Shown: positions 8,476 through 15,966 of the stretch, piece by piece
How positions within the stretch are numbered: the stretch's first letter is position 1
How the letters are laid out: each line of letters starts with the position of its first letter
Assembly: GCA_016297005.1 (NCBI GenBank)
Contig: JAEDHK010000002.1
Location: 132,837 to 196,836, forward strand
DNA from: Clostridia bacterium
GTDB taxonomy: Bacteria > Bacillota > Clostridia > Christensenellales > DTU072
Reading direction: 5' to 3'
Length of the DNA stretch: 64,000 bases
Notes under the pieces: generated by a model
What the model saw: only the letters and a program-made list of their open reading frames with translations
What the model was told of the DNA's origin: nothing
The model's database searches: none
Program-made: the position numbers and the translations under genes

Positions 8476-9204
8476 ATGAAAAAATTATTTGTTGTCGCGG
8501 ATGTTCACTCTTTTTACGAGGAAATGCTCGCTGCGTTAAAAGATAAGGGATTTGATCGTGATGATCCTGATCATATTTTTGTATCGCTCGGGGACTTATT
8601 GGATCGTGGACCGGCGCCGCTGAAGTGCCTTACTTTTGTGAACTCTCTTCCGATTGACCGAAAAATTTTGATTCGCGGCAACCACGAAGACCTTTTGGAA
8701 GAATGTCTTTTGCGGGAAGCATTTCTTTCTCACGACGTTCATAACGGGACAATGGATACTGTTCTGTCGCTCGCCGGTTCCAAAGGATACGATCTTTATC
8801 AGAAAGATACACATACGTTCTTTTCACTGGTGCGCGAAAAACCGATCTTGACGGAGTATTTGTCTGTGCTTCGTGATTATGCGGAAATTGGAGAATACCT
8901 CTTTGTCCACGGATGGATCCCCTCGAAGAAAAAATCACCGGGGAAAGACTGGCGTTTCGGAGATTGGAACCGCGCTCGTTGGTTCAACGGTATGGAAAAA
9001 TGGAAACAAGGCGCGAGGTTACGCAATAAAACGATTCTGTGCGGGCATTGGCATACCAGTTGGGGACATTCCGTCCTTGAAAAACGCGGTTTTGAGTTCG
9101 GTGAAAAAGCCGATTTTTCACCGTTCATCCAACCGGGCATCGTCGCTCTCGACGCTTGCACGAATTATTCCCATCAAGTAAATTGTTTTGTAATTGAGAT
9201 ATAA
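8476..9204 (+). CDS. metallophosphoesterase (PPP-family Ser/Thr phosphatase / ApaH-PrpE-like)
   Basis: Motifs in order: VVADVHS, GDLLDRGP, RGNHE, VHGW, CGHWH. Confidence 0.8.
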   Translation: MKKLFVVADVHSFYEEMLAALKDKGFDRDDPDHIFVSLGDLLDRGPAPLKCLTFVNSLPIDRKILIRGNHEDLLEECLLREAFLSHDVHNGTMDTVLSLAGSKGYDLYQKDTHTFFSLVREKPILTEYLSVLRDYAEIGEYLFVHGWIPSKKKSPGKDWRFGDWNRARWFNGMEKWKQGARLRNKTILCGHWHTSWGHSVLEKRGFEFGEKADFSPFIQPGIVALDACTNYSHQVNCFVIEI

Positions 9205-9208
9205 GGGT

Positions 9209-9964
9209 TTAGCTATTGCAGATAGTAAGCATTTCTTCTTTGCTGACGTTATATCGATAAAAATTTAATGATGACGGACTTTTCCCTTTATAATTCGCCC
9301 ATTCTTTTTCGGCGTCGTTCTCGCTCCCTTCATAGTACAAAACGGAATACTTCGGCAATGCTCCGATATAATTTGAAAAATGTAACTTTGGTATCCAAAA
9401 CTTAATACCATAGTTTTCCTTATCTATTATTTTAGATATATCCGGATCGATATATATTTGTCCGTTTTCATATCTTTTTATGGTTGGGATAAAAGAGCTT
9501 CCGGCAGCATGAAAGGCACCTGGTGCTATATCCTTAAGCGAGCGAGGCAAAACAACACACCGCAGATTTACGCAAAATTCAAAAGCGTCGCCGCCGATTG
9601 TTTCTACCTTATCCGGTAGAACGATATGGCGCAAGTTATGACACATAGCAAACGCGCCTCCGCCTATTTCCGTCAGACTATTCGGTAAGAAAATTTCGGT
9701 AAGATTTTCACATCGACAAAAGGCGAAGTCTTCAATCGTCTTCGCCCCTTCTGCAATAAAGACCTTTTCGACGTATTTGAATTTTTCAAACGCGCTTGTT
9801 GCCACGCCGACGACAGGCGAACCCAAATAGGACTCGGGAATGTGTACGTAACTATCGTTAAACACCTCTACGTCGGGACCGGTAACGTAAAAACCGTCTT
9901 CCCGTCGTCTCATTTTCAATTGTCCCATCTTGTCGTGGTTCTTATATTCTTCTTTCCCTGCCAC
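9209..9964 (-). CDS. BspA-type leucine-rich-repeat protein without signal peptide (predicted cytoplasmic)
   Basis: About 23-aa LRR_5-like repeats, e.g. IEDFAFCRCENLTEIFLPNSLTEIGGGAFAMCHNLRHIVLPDKVETIGGDAFEFCVNLRCVVLP. No hydrophobic N-terminus. The GTG start at 9964 abuts the stop of the upstream small ORF; an alternative ATG lies at 9928. Confidence 0.7.
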   Translation of the reverse strand: MAGKEEYKNHDKMGQLKMRRREDGFYVTGPDVEVFNDSYVHIPESYLGSPVVGVATSAFEKFKYVEKVFIAEGAKTIEDFAFCRCENLTEIFLPNSLTEIGGGAFAMCHNLRHIVLPDKVETIGGDAFEFCVNLRCVVLPRSLKDIAPGAFHAAGSSFIPTIKRYENGQIYIDPDISKIIDKENYGIKFWIPKLHFSNYIGALPKYSVLYYEGSENDAEKEWANYKGKSPSSLNFYRYNVSKEEMLTICNS

Positions 9965-10126
9965 TTATTGGGGGACAATATTGTAAAACTTAAACTGTGA
10001 ATTTCTCAGTTTATTTTGTGCCCAAGCTTCTGCATAATTACGATTGGCTGTAATTGTTTCGGTAAAAGCAGGCGCACCACTACGAAGCGCTGATTCTGTA
10101 AGATAGTAACATATTTTCCATTTCAT
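9965..10126 (-). CDS. small hypothetical protein (53 aa; below the ORF-track cutoff)
   Basis: Hand-translated as MKWKICYYLTESALRSGAPAFTETITANRNYAEAWAQNKLRNSQFKFYNIVPQ*. GAGGT sits 9 nt upstream. Its stop is directly adjacent to the GTG of the LRR gene. Confidence 0.45.
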   Translation of the reverse strand: MKWKICYYLTESALRSGAPAFTETITANRNYAEAWAQNKLRNSQFKFYNIVPQ

Positions 10127-10147
10127 CGTCATCATACCTCGCTTTTA

Positions 10148-10333
10148 TTATTTCTTTTCCTGCCACTTAGGACAAGCGGGATTCATAGCGGATTGATCTC
10201 CATTTCCTCTGCCGGATATTTTACATACATGCCACCCGTTCTCGTATTCAACAATACCTCCTTTTAATGTGGCTTTTCCGCCAAAGTGTTCACATGTGCA
10301 ACAATACTTGCTGTTTTTTGAAATCGTACTCAT
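10148..10333 (-). CDS. small Cys-rich hypothetical protein (61 aa)
   Basis: Strong RBS AAAGGAG 8 nt upstream. Cys pattern CCxC...C...C (C11, C12, C14, C37, C54). No family recognised. Confidence 0.55.
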   Translation of the reverse strand: MSTISKNSKYCCTCEHFGGKATLKGGIVEYENGWHVCKISGRGNGDQSAMNPACPKWQEKK

Positions 10334-10401
10334 TTTTTAGTCTCCTTTAATCATTTTTACGGAATAGTTTTCGTGTATATTAAAAGGATATCAGAGTTGT
10401 T

Positions 10402-10417
10402 ATCCCATATTTGGGAT
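10402..10417. promoter_or_regulatory. inverted repeat ATCCCA-TATT-TGGGAT overlapping a TATAAT box (candidate operator)
   Basis: Perfect 6+6 palindrome. The minus-strand TATAAT at 10421-10416 overlaps it, upstream of the 10333 operon. Confidence 0.35.
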
Positions 10418-10444
10418 TATACCGATATTTCCAATGTATTATGT

Positions 10445-11056
10445 CTATACATATTTGGTCTTTTCAATATCCCAATTATAAATCTCGATATCATATTTCC
10501 TATATACTTCTTCAATTATTTCTTTTGCACTGTTATAATTTCTCTTTTTTTTCTCTATTATTTTTCTATCTTCATTCTTCAACATTCTGCAAATACATAT
10601 TTTATTTAATATTGGTATTACCGTTTCATAAGTGACTTCAGATAATTCACATAGCTCATCAATAATCATATTCAAAGGTATAATATGTTCTTCATGAAAA
10701 ACGTCTCTATATACAAAACGTGGATGTTCTTTTGTATGTATTTCGCCATTCTTTTTAGAAGAATTCCCAATATAACGATCTAAAATTACATCACTATCAA
10801 TATCACATTCAACTATTTCTCTGTAATGATAATGGTCTATCGGTTTTGAAGTGATTTTTTCCCATGTTTGTTTTGCCGCTACTGTTATTAAATATCTATC
10901 ATTAATTTGATAATTTCGTAAAATTTGTCCTAATAAATATCTACATTTCCATATTCTGAAACTGCTCTGTTCATTCGGCTCAATAACGTCATTCTTTTTT
11001 TGACATGCCTTGATAAAAGTAATAATAATATCTAATACAACATTGTTTTCTTCCAT
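10445..11056 (-). CDS. hypothetical protein with HNH/DUF1524-like His-Me finger motif
   Basis: Start trimmed to the ATG at 11056 (RBS AAAGGAG, MEENNVVLD...). FHEEHIIP (aa 120-127) followed by RMLKNEDRKI resembles the (D/E)EHIxP...N signature of DUF1524/GmrSD-type HNH nucleases. Overlaps the WYL gene end by 15 nt. Confidence 0.45.
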   Translation of the reverse strand: MEENNVVLDIIITFIKACQKKNDVIEPNEQSSFRIWKCRYLLGQILRNYQINDRYLITVAAKQTWEKITSKPIDHYHYREIVECDIDSDVILDRYIGNSSKKNGEIHTKEHPRFVYRDVFHEEHIIPLNMIIDELCELSEVTYETVIPILNKICICRMLKNEDRKIIEKKKRNYNSAKEIIEEVYRKYDIEIYNWDIEKTKYV

Positions 11057-11069
11057 TTTTTCTTCTCCT

Positions 11070-12050
11070 TTATTGATTATATTTTTCCGTTGCCCAACAT
11101 AAGTTTTCTTTGACTTTTTCACGCAATGTGGTCGGCGTAAGTATTTCCACGGCATTGAGATACTGCATTGCCCAAAATTCCATCGCGTGCAAACTTGTTT
11201 TTACAGAGATAATGAATTTATCCTTTTCGGGTTGAATGTCGATATTTTTACCGAACCAATCGACAACCTGATCAATTGCCCACGGCTCGGCGCGAAAGGT
11301 GACAGGTTGCGGCTCGTCGGCGAACATATAGGGCATTTGACAGGAAAATCGGTTATAATCTATTCCGTTTTCAAACCCTTCGATGGTACGAATAGGCACT
11401 TGCGCTATCTCTTTTTTCTCTATCTTCGTGATACGGTCGAGACGGTAGTATTTCATCTGCTTGTAGTAGTCGTTATACGCCATAAGATAGTACCGCTGAT
11501 TATGTAGGATCATTTGATAGGGACTCGCCGTCACCCGCGAAGATCGGTGCAGTTTTTTATCCGCCCCGTACTTATTGTATTCAAAATAGACTTGTTTACC
11601 CTCGGTGATGGCTTCATCTACCACTTCCATAGTATAAAATAAGTCCTTATTGTCCGTCTTGTCCCAGTCGCCTATGCGATAAACGTACTTAACGTGCGTC
11701 TTAAAATATTTATTGGATAAACCGCATAATTTGTCTATTAAATCGGCGGAATGTTTGGTGCCGATATGCTTTCCGGCAAGAATACCGTCAATGAGCATAC
11801 GAAGCTCTACGTCCTCAAACGTCCTTTCGGCAAGATAGGAACCTTTTTTCGTCGTCACGATATCGTAACCGGCTTCGTTTAACAAAGAAATATTTCGTCC
11901 GATCGCTTTGCGCTCTATATTCAATTCGTATTCACTTTGCAGCTTCTTTACGATTTCATCGTGCGTTAAAGGGTGATCGATGTCCGTTTCCTTATTTAGT
12001 ATTTGATAAATACGTATTAAAGCAAGTTTTTTCGGTTCGGAGGTATACAT
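11070..12050 (-). CDS. WYL-domain transcriptional regulator (wHTH-WYL-WCX; YafY/BrxR/CapW-like)
   Basis: N-terminal wHTH (LALIRIYQILNKE...IERKAIGRNISLLNEAGYDI). Central WYL-like core QRYYLMAYNDYYKQMKYYRLDRI. C-terminal extension. 326 aa. Confidence 0.8.
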   Translation of the reverse strand: MYTSEPKKLALIRIYQILNKETDIDHPLTHDEIVKKLQSEYELNIERKAIGRNISLLNEAGYDIVTTKKGSYLAERTFEDVELRMLIDGILAGKHIGTKHSADLIDKLCGLSNKYFKTHVKYVYRIGDWDKTDNKDLFYTMEVVDEAITEGKQVYFEYNKYGADKKLHRSSRVTASPYQMILHNQRYYLMAYNDYYKQMKYYRLDRITKIEKKEIAQVPIRTIEGFENGIDYNRFSCQMPYMFADEPQPVTFRAEPWAIDQVVDWFGKNIDIQPEKDKFIISVKTSLHAMEFWAMQYLNAVEILTPTTLREKVKENLCWATEKYNQ

Positions 12051-12059
12051 AACGCAATA

Positions 12060-13091
12060 TTATTCCCATTCTTTGCTTCGAAGCAGTTTGGCGATTTCTT
12101 CAGAGGTAGGTTTTGTCTTATCTGTAGTTTCAAATAATTCCGTTAAATTAAAAATTCGTGAGCCCATGGGCGCTCGTGATGTGTTTTTTTTGAAGTCGGT
12201 TTCATAAAAATTGTCAACAAAAAAATAGCGGTGTTTAATATATCGAATATCCCAACCTCTTTCGAGAGCATCATCCATTGCGCGTTGAATAGTTTCCTTT
12301 CTTTTTTCAGTTAATTCCCCGCTTTCAACTTGATATTCGATCTCTCCATGGGAATTTTTTACAGCGGTTATACGGGCGATTATTTTTCCTATAGCGCGTA
12401 TGCTTTTATTAGCATAAAGTCCCAAATAATCGTGTGGACGAAATCCCCTTTCTGCGTTATCATAATAGCAGTTTTCTTTACAATTGAAGTCAATTGTTTT
12501 GCTTGCTAACTGCATTCGCAAATACTTCCAGGCGTCATAATTTGGTATCAAACCGTCATGGCAGAGAAAGTTTTTATAATCATCGAGAATTGCTTGCATT
12601 TCCATGTCTCTATCATCGATCATTGATCCAATTGAATTAGCAAGCGCTTCAAAAGTAGTTGCTTTAAATATGATTGGATGCTGATCATGCTCTTTATTGT
12701 ATTCTTCCAATTTTATTTGGAAATCCTTTACTTTTTCATCTGCAATCAATTCTGTTGACAGCGCCAAAACGACCCTGTATTTTTCATCAGAAAACGATGA
12801 TAAATGTCTTGTTAATTGATCGGTATAGAACCAGTCCGTTATTTTAGTTTCAATAACAATCTTAAAACTTTCCTGAGTAATCGTTGCGTCAGGAATACTA
12901 TTTTTACTTCCACTTTTTTCTTGTAATTTAAAATCTATTTCCGGTTCAAACGACTCTGGAAGATACTCTGTTTTCAAGAATTGATAAAATTTTCCACTTG
13001 AATATTGATAAAAACGGGATAGGAGTAACATCGTATTTGCGGTTGCCACGTTCTCTTTTTGATGATATCTTTGGAAATAATGAATATTCAT
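12060..13091 (-). CDS. hypothetical protein with N-terminal PD-(D/E)xK nuclease-like motif
   Basis: KENVATANTMLLL helix, then IPD68ATI...FKIVIE81TK83, which fits the PD...(D/E)xK pattern. The C-terminal ~200 aa are unassigned. RBS GGAG upstream. Confidence 0.45.
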   Translation of the reverse strand: MNIHYFQRYHQKENVATANTMLLLSRFYQYSSGKFYQFLKTEYLPESFEPEIDFKLQEKSGSKNSIPDATITQESFKIVIETKITDWFYTDQLTRHLSSFSDEKYRVVLALSTELIADEKVKDFQIKLEEYNKEHDQHPIIFKATTFEALANSIGSMIDDRDMEMQAILDDYKNFLCHDGLIPNYDAWKYLRMQLASKTIDFNCKENCYYDNAERGFRPHDYLGLYANKSIRAIGKIIARITAVKNSHGEIEYQVESGELTEKRKETIQRAMDDALERGWDIRYIKHRYFFVDNFYETDFKKNTSRAPMGSRIFNLTELFETTDKTKPTSEEIAKLLRSKEWE

Positions 13092-13173
13092 TTTTAAAAT
13101 CTCCTTCTTTTTTTAATATACTGGTCTTATTATACCAAAAATGTCGCAACAATTCAAGATGTATTGTACCGAA

Positions 13174-13195
13174 TTTGGGATAGAGCTTCCCATAT
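13174..13195. promoter_or_regulatory. inverted repeat TTTGGGAT-N6-TCCCATAT in the divergent promoter region (candidate operator)
   Basis: It has the same half-sites as the 10402 palindrome and overlaps a TATACT box at 13193-13198, upstream of the 13220 gene. Confidence 0.3.
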
Positions 13196-13219
13196 ACTTT
13201 TTATATCGGGAGGTAAAAT

Positions 13220-14872
13220 ATGACAAATACAGTACTATTTGATGAAAAGAACGCCGAAGAGATTTTTGAAAACCTTATTTCAACCGAAATAAAACAAAAA
13301 TATCCTAATATAACCGAAGAAATAGAAAAGCGGATCGAATACGAAAAGTCCGAAGTAAAGCGACTAGGATTTTTTCCTTATTTTTTATTTGTGCGAAAGC
13401 TTTGGGGAATTATCGAAAATGTTGATCCGTGTGCCTACGCGGACGGCGTGCAAAGCGGGTGTATTCTCAATTATCTGTTGGGTATCACCGATATCGATCC
13501 CATAGAAAACGGACTCTATTTCGAGAGTTTTATTAACGATCGTTATTATAAAAAAGATTTTCCGCATTACTTTTTTAACGTGCGCGAATCAATGTTGAAC
13601 GCGATCTGTAAAGCAATTCAAAAGGAAGTAGAGAAGAGCGGTATAGGCGTCAGAACGGAAAACCATTTCAGAAGTCATACAGTCGAACTGTATTTTGATG
13701 GAGAAAGCAGCAAGCAAGGATTCTTTATTACGCTTGGTTTGGACGAATATGCCGATCTTATTCATCTTTGCGAGGAGAAAACGGGCGTTGATTGTCCGGC
13801 ATATACCGATTATACCGATGAAAAAGTGTGGGAGTTGTTTCAAAAGGAACAATTTGAAAATCCGTTTATCGAGTATGCCAAAGAGCATCGAAAAAGCCAT
13901 CCGCATACTTTTATGCAACTTGCGGACGCTATTTCAGGTGGCTTTTTTATTTACGATTATTACAGTGACGATCAGAGTGCTTTTCTTCAATCATCATATG
14001 CGAAAGATGGATCGCCCCATTATAAAGAAGACTGGATCCGATTGGTTTCGGCGACACTCGGTATCGATAGCGCAAAAGCTCACTATTATAATCGTGAACT
14101 ATGTAGGTATCAATTATTCGGGAAGTATCTATCGAAAGATAAAGCCCTGAAAGAATTCATCGCCGACGGAGAAAAAGCCGGGTGTGAGAAATCGACTTTG
14201 CAAAAGATAGTCGATGACGTTAATCCGTACACGGTCGCATGGAAGGCAATCGTCGATACCATCGCAACGCAAATATACAAAATAGCCTATTTCCAAGCCA
14301 ATTTTCATGATGAATATGTAGCTGCGGTAAAAACTACCTATCAAGAAAAACTGAAATCGTGCCTGGATAACGGTGTCGTTATCTTTGATCTGGACACAGA
14401 CGGATTGGAACCGGTCGAGATAAAAACCGGCGACGAAGAGGTCCATTTTATTATGAAAATCGAAGCGCTCCGTATGAGAAATAATACGGTTGTTGATCGA
14501 CTTGAAACGTACGTTTACCGCGGATTGGATATACCGCCAAAACTTGCTGAAGTATTGAGGCTCAATTACGACGACCTGTGTAAAGCGATCAAGACTGACG
14601 AAGTAATGAAAAGGCTATCCGTCTTTCTCGGCAAGTTGCCCGTTATAACGCACAACGTACCTTTCGTAGAAAAATTTTTGGATTTTTATGATCAAAATCG
14701 TTTGCTCAAACGATTATATTGTGAGGACGTCATCACGTACTTCAACAAGATCATCCAACCGGACAAACCGATAAGAACGATGCGCAGTATGCGGAAAACG
14801 CTACGTATCGAGCAAACCCTCACCGACGCGGAAGCTATGCGAGAAATGGTCTGCATGCTGATAGATTTATGA
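13220..14872 (+). CDS. truncated, apparently inactivated DNA polymerase III alpha (DnaE)-like palm/fingers fused to a degenerate DnaQ-like DEDD exonuclease domain
   Basis: RLGFFPYFLFV, NYLLGITDIDPIENGLYFESFIN, FIADGEKAGC..KIVDDV and YFQANFHDEYVAAV are collinear with DnaE motifs. The catalytic PDFDVDF reads KDFPHYF. C-terminal motifs are VVIFDLDTDGL, ITHNVPFVEKFL and TLTDAEAM. RBS GGAGG. Confidence 0.6.
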   Translation: MTNTVLFDEKNAEEIFENLISTEIKQKYPNITEEIEKRIEYEKSEVKRLGFFPYFLFVRKLWGIIENVDPCAYADGVQSGCILNYLLGITDIDPIENGLYFESFINDRYYKKDFPHYFFNVRESMLNAICKAIQKEVEKSGIGVRTENHFRSHTVELYFDGESSKQGFFITLGLDEYADLIHLCEEKTGVDCPAYTDYTDEKVWELFQKEQFENPFIEYAKEHRKSHPHTFMQLADAISGGFFIYDYYSDDQSAFLQSSYAKDGSPHYKEDWIRLVSATLGIDSAKAHYYNRELCRYQLFGKYLSKDKALKEFIADGEKAGCEKSTLQKIVDDVNPYTVAWKAIVDTIATQIYKIAYFQANFHDEYVAAVKTTYQEKLKSCLDNGVVIFDLDTDGLEPVEIKTGDEEVHFIMKIEALRMRNNTVVDRLETYVYRGLDIPPKLAEVLRLNYDDLCKAIKTDEVMKRLSVFLGKLPVITHNVPFVEKFLDFYDQNRLLKRLYCEDVITYFNKIIQPDKPIRTMRSMRKTLRIEQTLTDAEAMREMVCMLIDL

Positions 14873-14882
14873 AGAAGCGGTA

Positions 14883-14911
14883 TTGACAAAAATGCAAGTT
14901 TTCGCTATTAT
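14883..14911 (+). promoter_or_regulatory. near-consensus sigma-A promoter
   Basis: TTGACA (14883-14888), 17-nt spacer, TATTAT (14906-14911). This leaves a ~190-nt leader before the ATG at 15105. Confidence 0.6.
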
Positions 14912-15104
14912 ATAAATAATAAAAAGCATGTAAGAAGATAAATAATCATGCATAAACATGGAAAGTTGTAACAATGATTATTCTATTAATAAAGAACTGC
15001 GCATATACGGTATACCGCATCCGTCGGGATACGGATTTAAACCAAAAGAATATAATAAAGTATTAGGAAACTTAATTTCAGATATACAATTTTAAGGAGG
15101 GATT

Positions 15105-15875
15105 ATGTGCTTAGATGATAAAAAAAACTATTTAGACAAAATGCCACAATTATTAAAGGAATGGCAAGCTTCTGCGGAAAAGGATAATATTTATAAAAAT
15201 CAAGGCAATCCCTGTGCAAACATTTTTATTTCCGATGGCATCGCACATCCCGACACCTGGTTTGCACAAGAAATCCGACCTTTGTTTGTTCTTAAAGAAG
15301 CGTATGATAAAAGTGGTGAACAAAAACCTTGGGATGAAGTAAAATGGTTTTTAACGACAAAAGAAGAAAACGGCGATGAAAGCGGAGGGAAAACCGGAAA
15401 AATTAGAGTTCAGACTTGGAAAAACATATGTCAGTGGTCCTCTTATATATATGAGGGGAACTACGATTGCGATACAGTATGGGAAAATAAAAACCTCGGA
15501 AAAATTGCCCTTATCAATATAAAAAAATATGGCGGTTGCGAGCGGTCCTCGTCTAAAGATTTGCAAAAACATGCGGAAAAATATTCTAAATATATTTATG
15601 AACAAATCAGACTTATAAAACCGACAATTATAATTTGCGGATATACCGGATGGTTGTTGGATATTGTTTGGGAAAAAGCAAGTAATAATAAACAGGCAAT
15701 AAGAAAGAATTGTTGCGGTGGACACGTGTACGACGTTCCCGAAATAAATGCAAAACTGATCGATTTCTGGCATCCCTCGGCACGAATCAAAGGCTTAAAG
15801 GGAGCTTTTATTGCGGATGTTGATATCGCTTTAGAAAGAACCGATACGAATGAAACAAATGACGTATGTAAATAA
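15105..15875 (+). CDS. hypothetical protein, possible divergent uracil-DNA-glycosylase-superfamily fold
   Basis: Strong RBS AAGGAGG. Order of elements: PLFVLKEAYD (cf. motif 1 GEAPG/GQDPY), ALINIKKYGG, KPTIIICGYTG, FWHPSAR (cf. motif 2 HPSP). Motif-level only. Confidence 0.35.
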   Translation: MCLDDKKNYLDKMPQLLKEWQASAEKDNIYKNQGNPCANIFISDGIAHPDTWFAQEIRPLFVLKEAYDKSGEQKPWDEVKWFLTTKEENGDESGGKTGKIRVQTWKNICQWSSYIYEGNYDCDTVWENKNLGKIALINIKKYGGCERSSSKDLQKHAEKYSKYIYEQIRLIKPTIIICGYTGWLLDIVWEKASNNKQAIRKNCCGGHVYDVPEINAKLIDFWHPSARIKGLKGAFIADVDIALERTDTNETNDVCK

Positions 15876-15966
15876 CCCTCTCTTATCTGTAATTTTTAAA
15901 TAAGATCCTTTATTTATCCCTTAAATGGGACAATCGCTCCTTTATACTGGAACAAAGGAGCTTTTT

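Noticed and set aside
14958-15095. 45-aa ORF (MESCNNDYSINKELRIYGIPHPSGYGF...) in the leader of the UDG-like gene
   Set aside because: It has no Shine-Dalgarno sequence and lies in AT-rich leader sequence. The HPSG resemblance to the UDG motif is probably coincidental.
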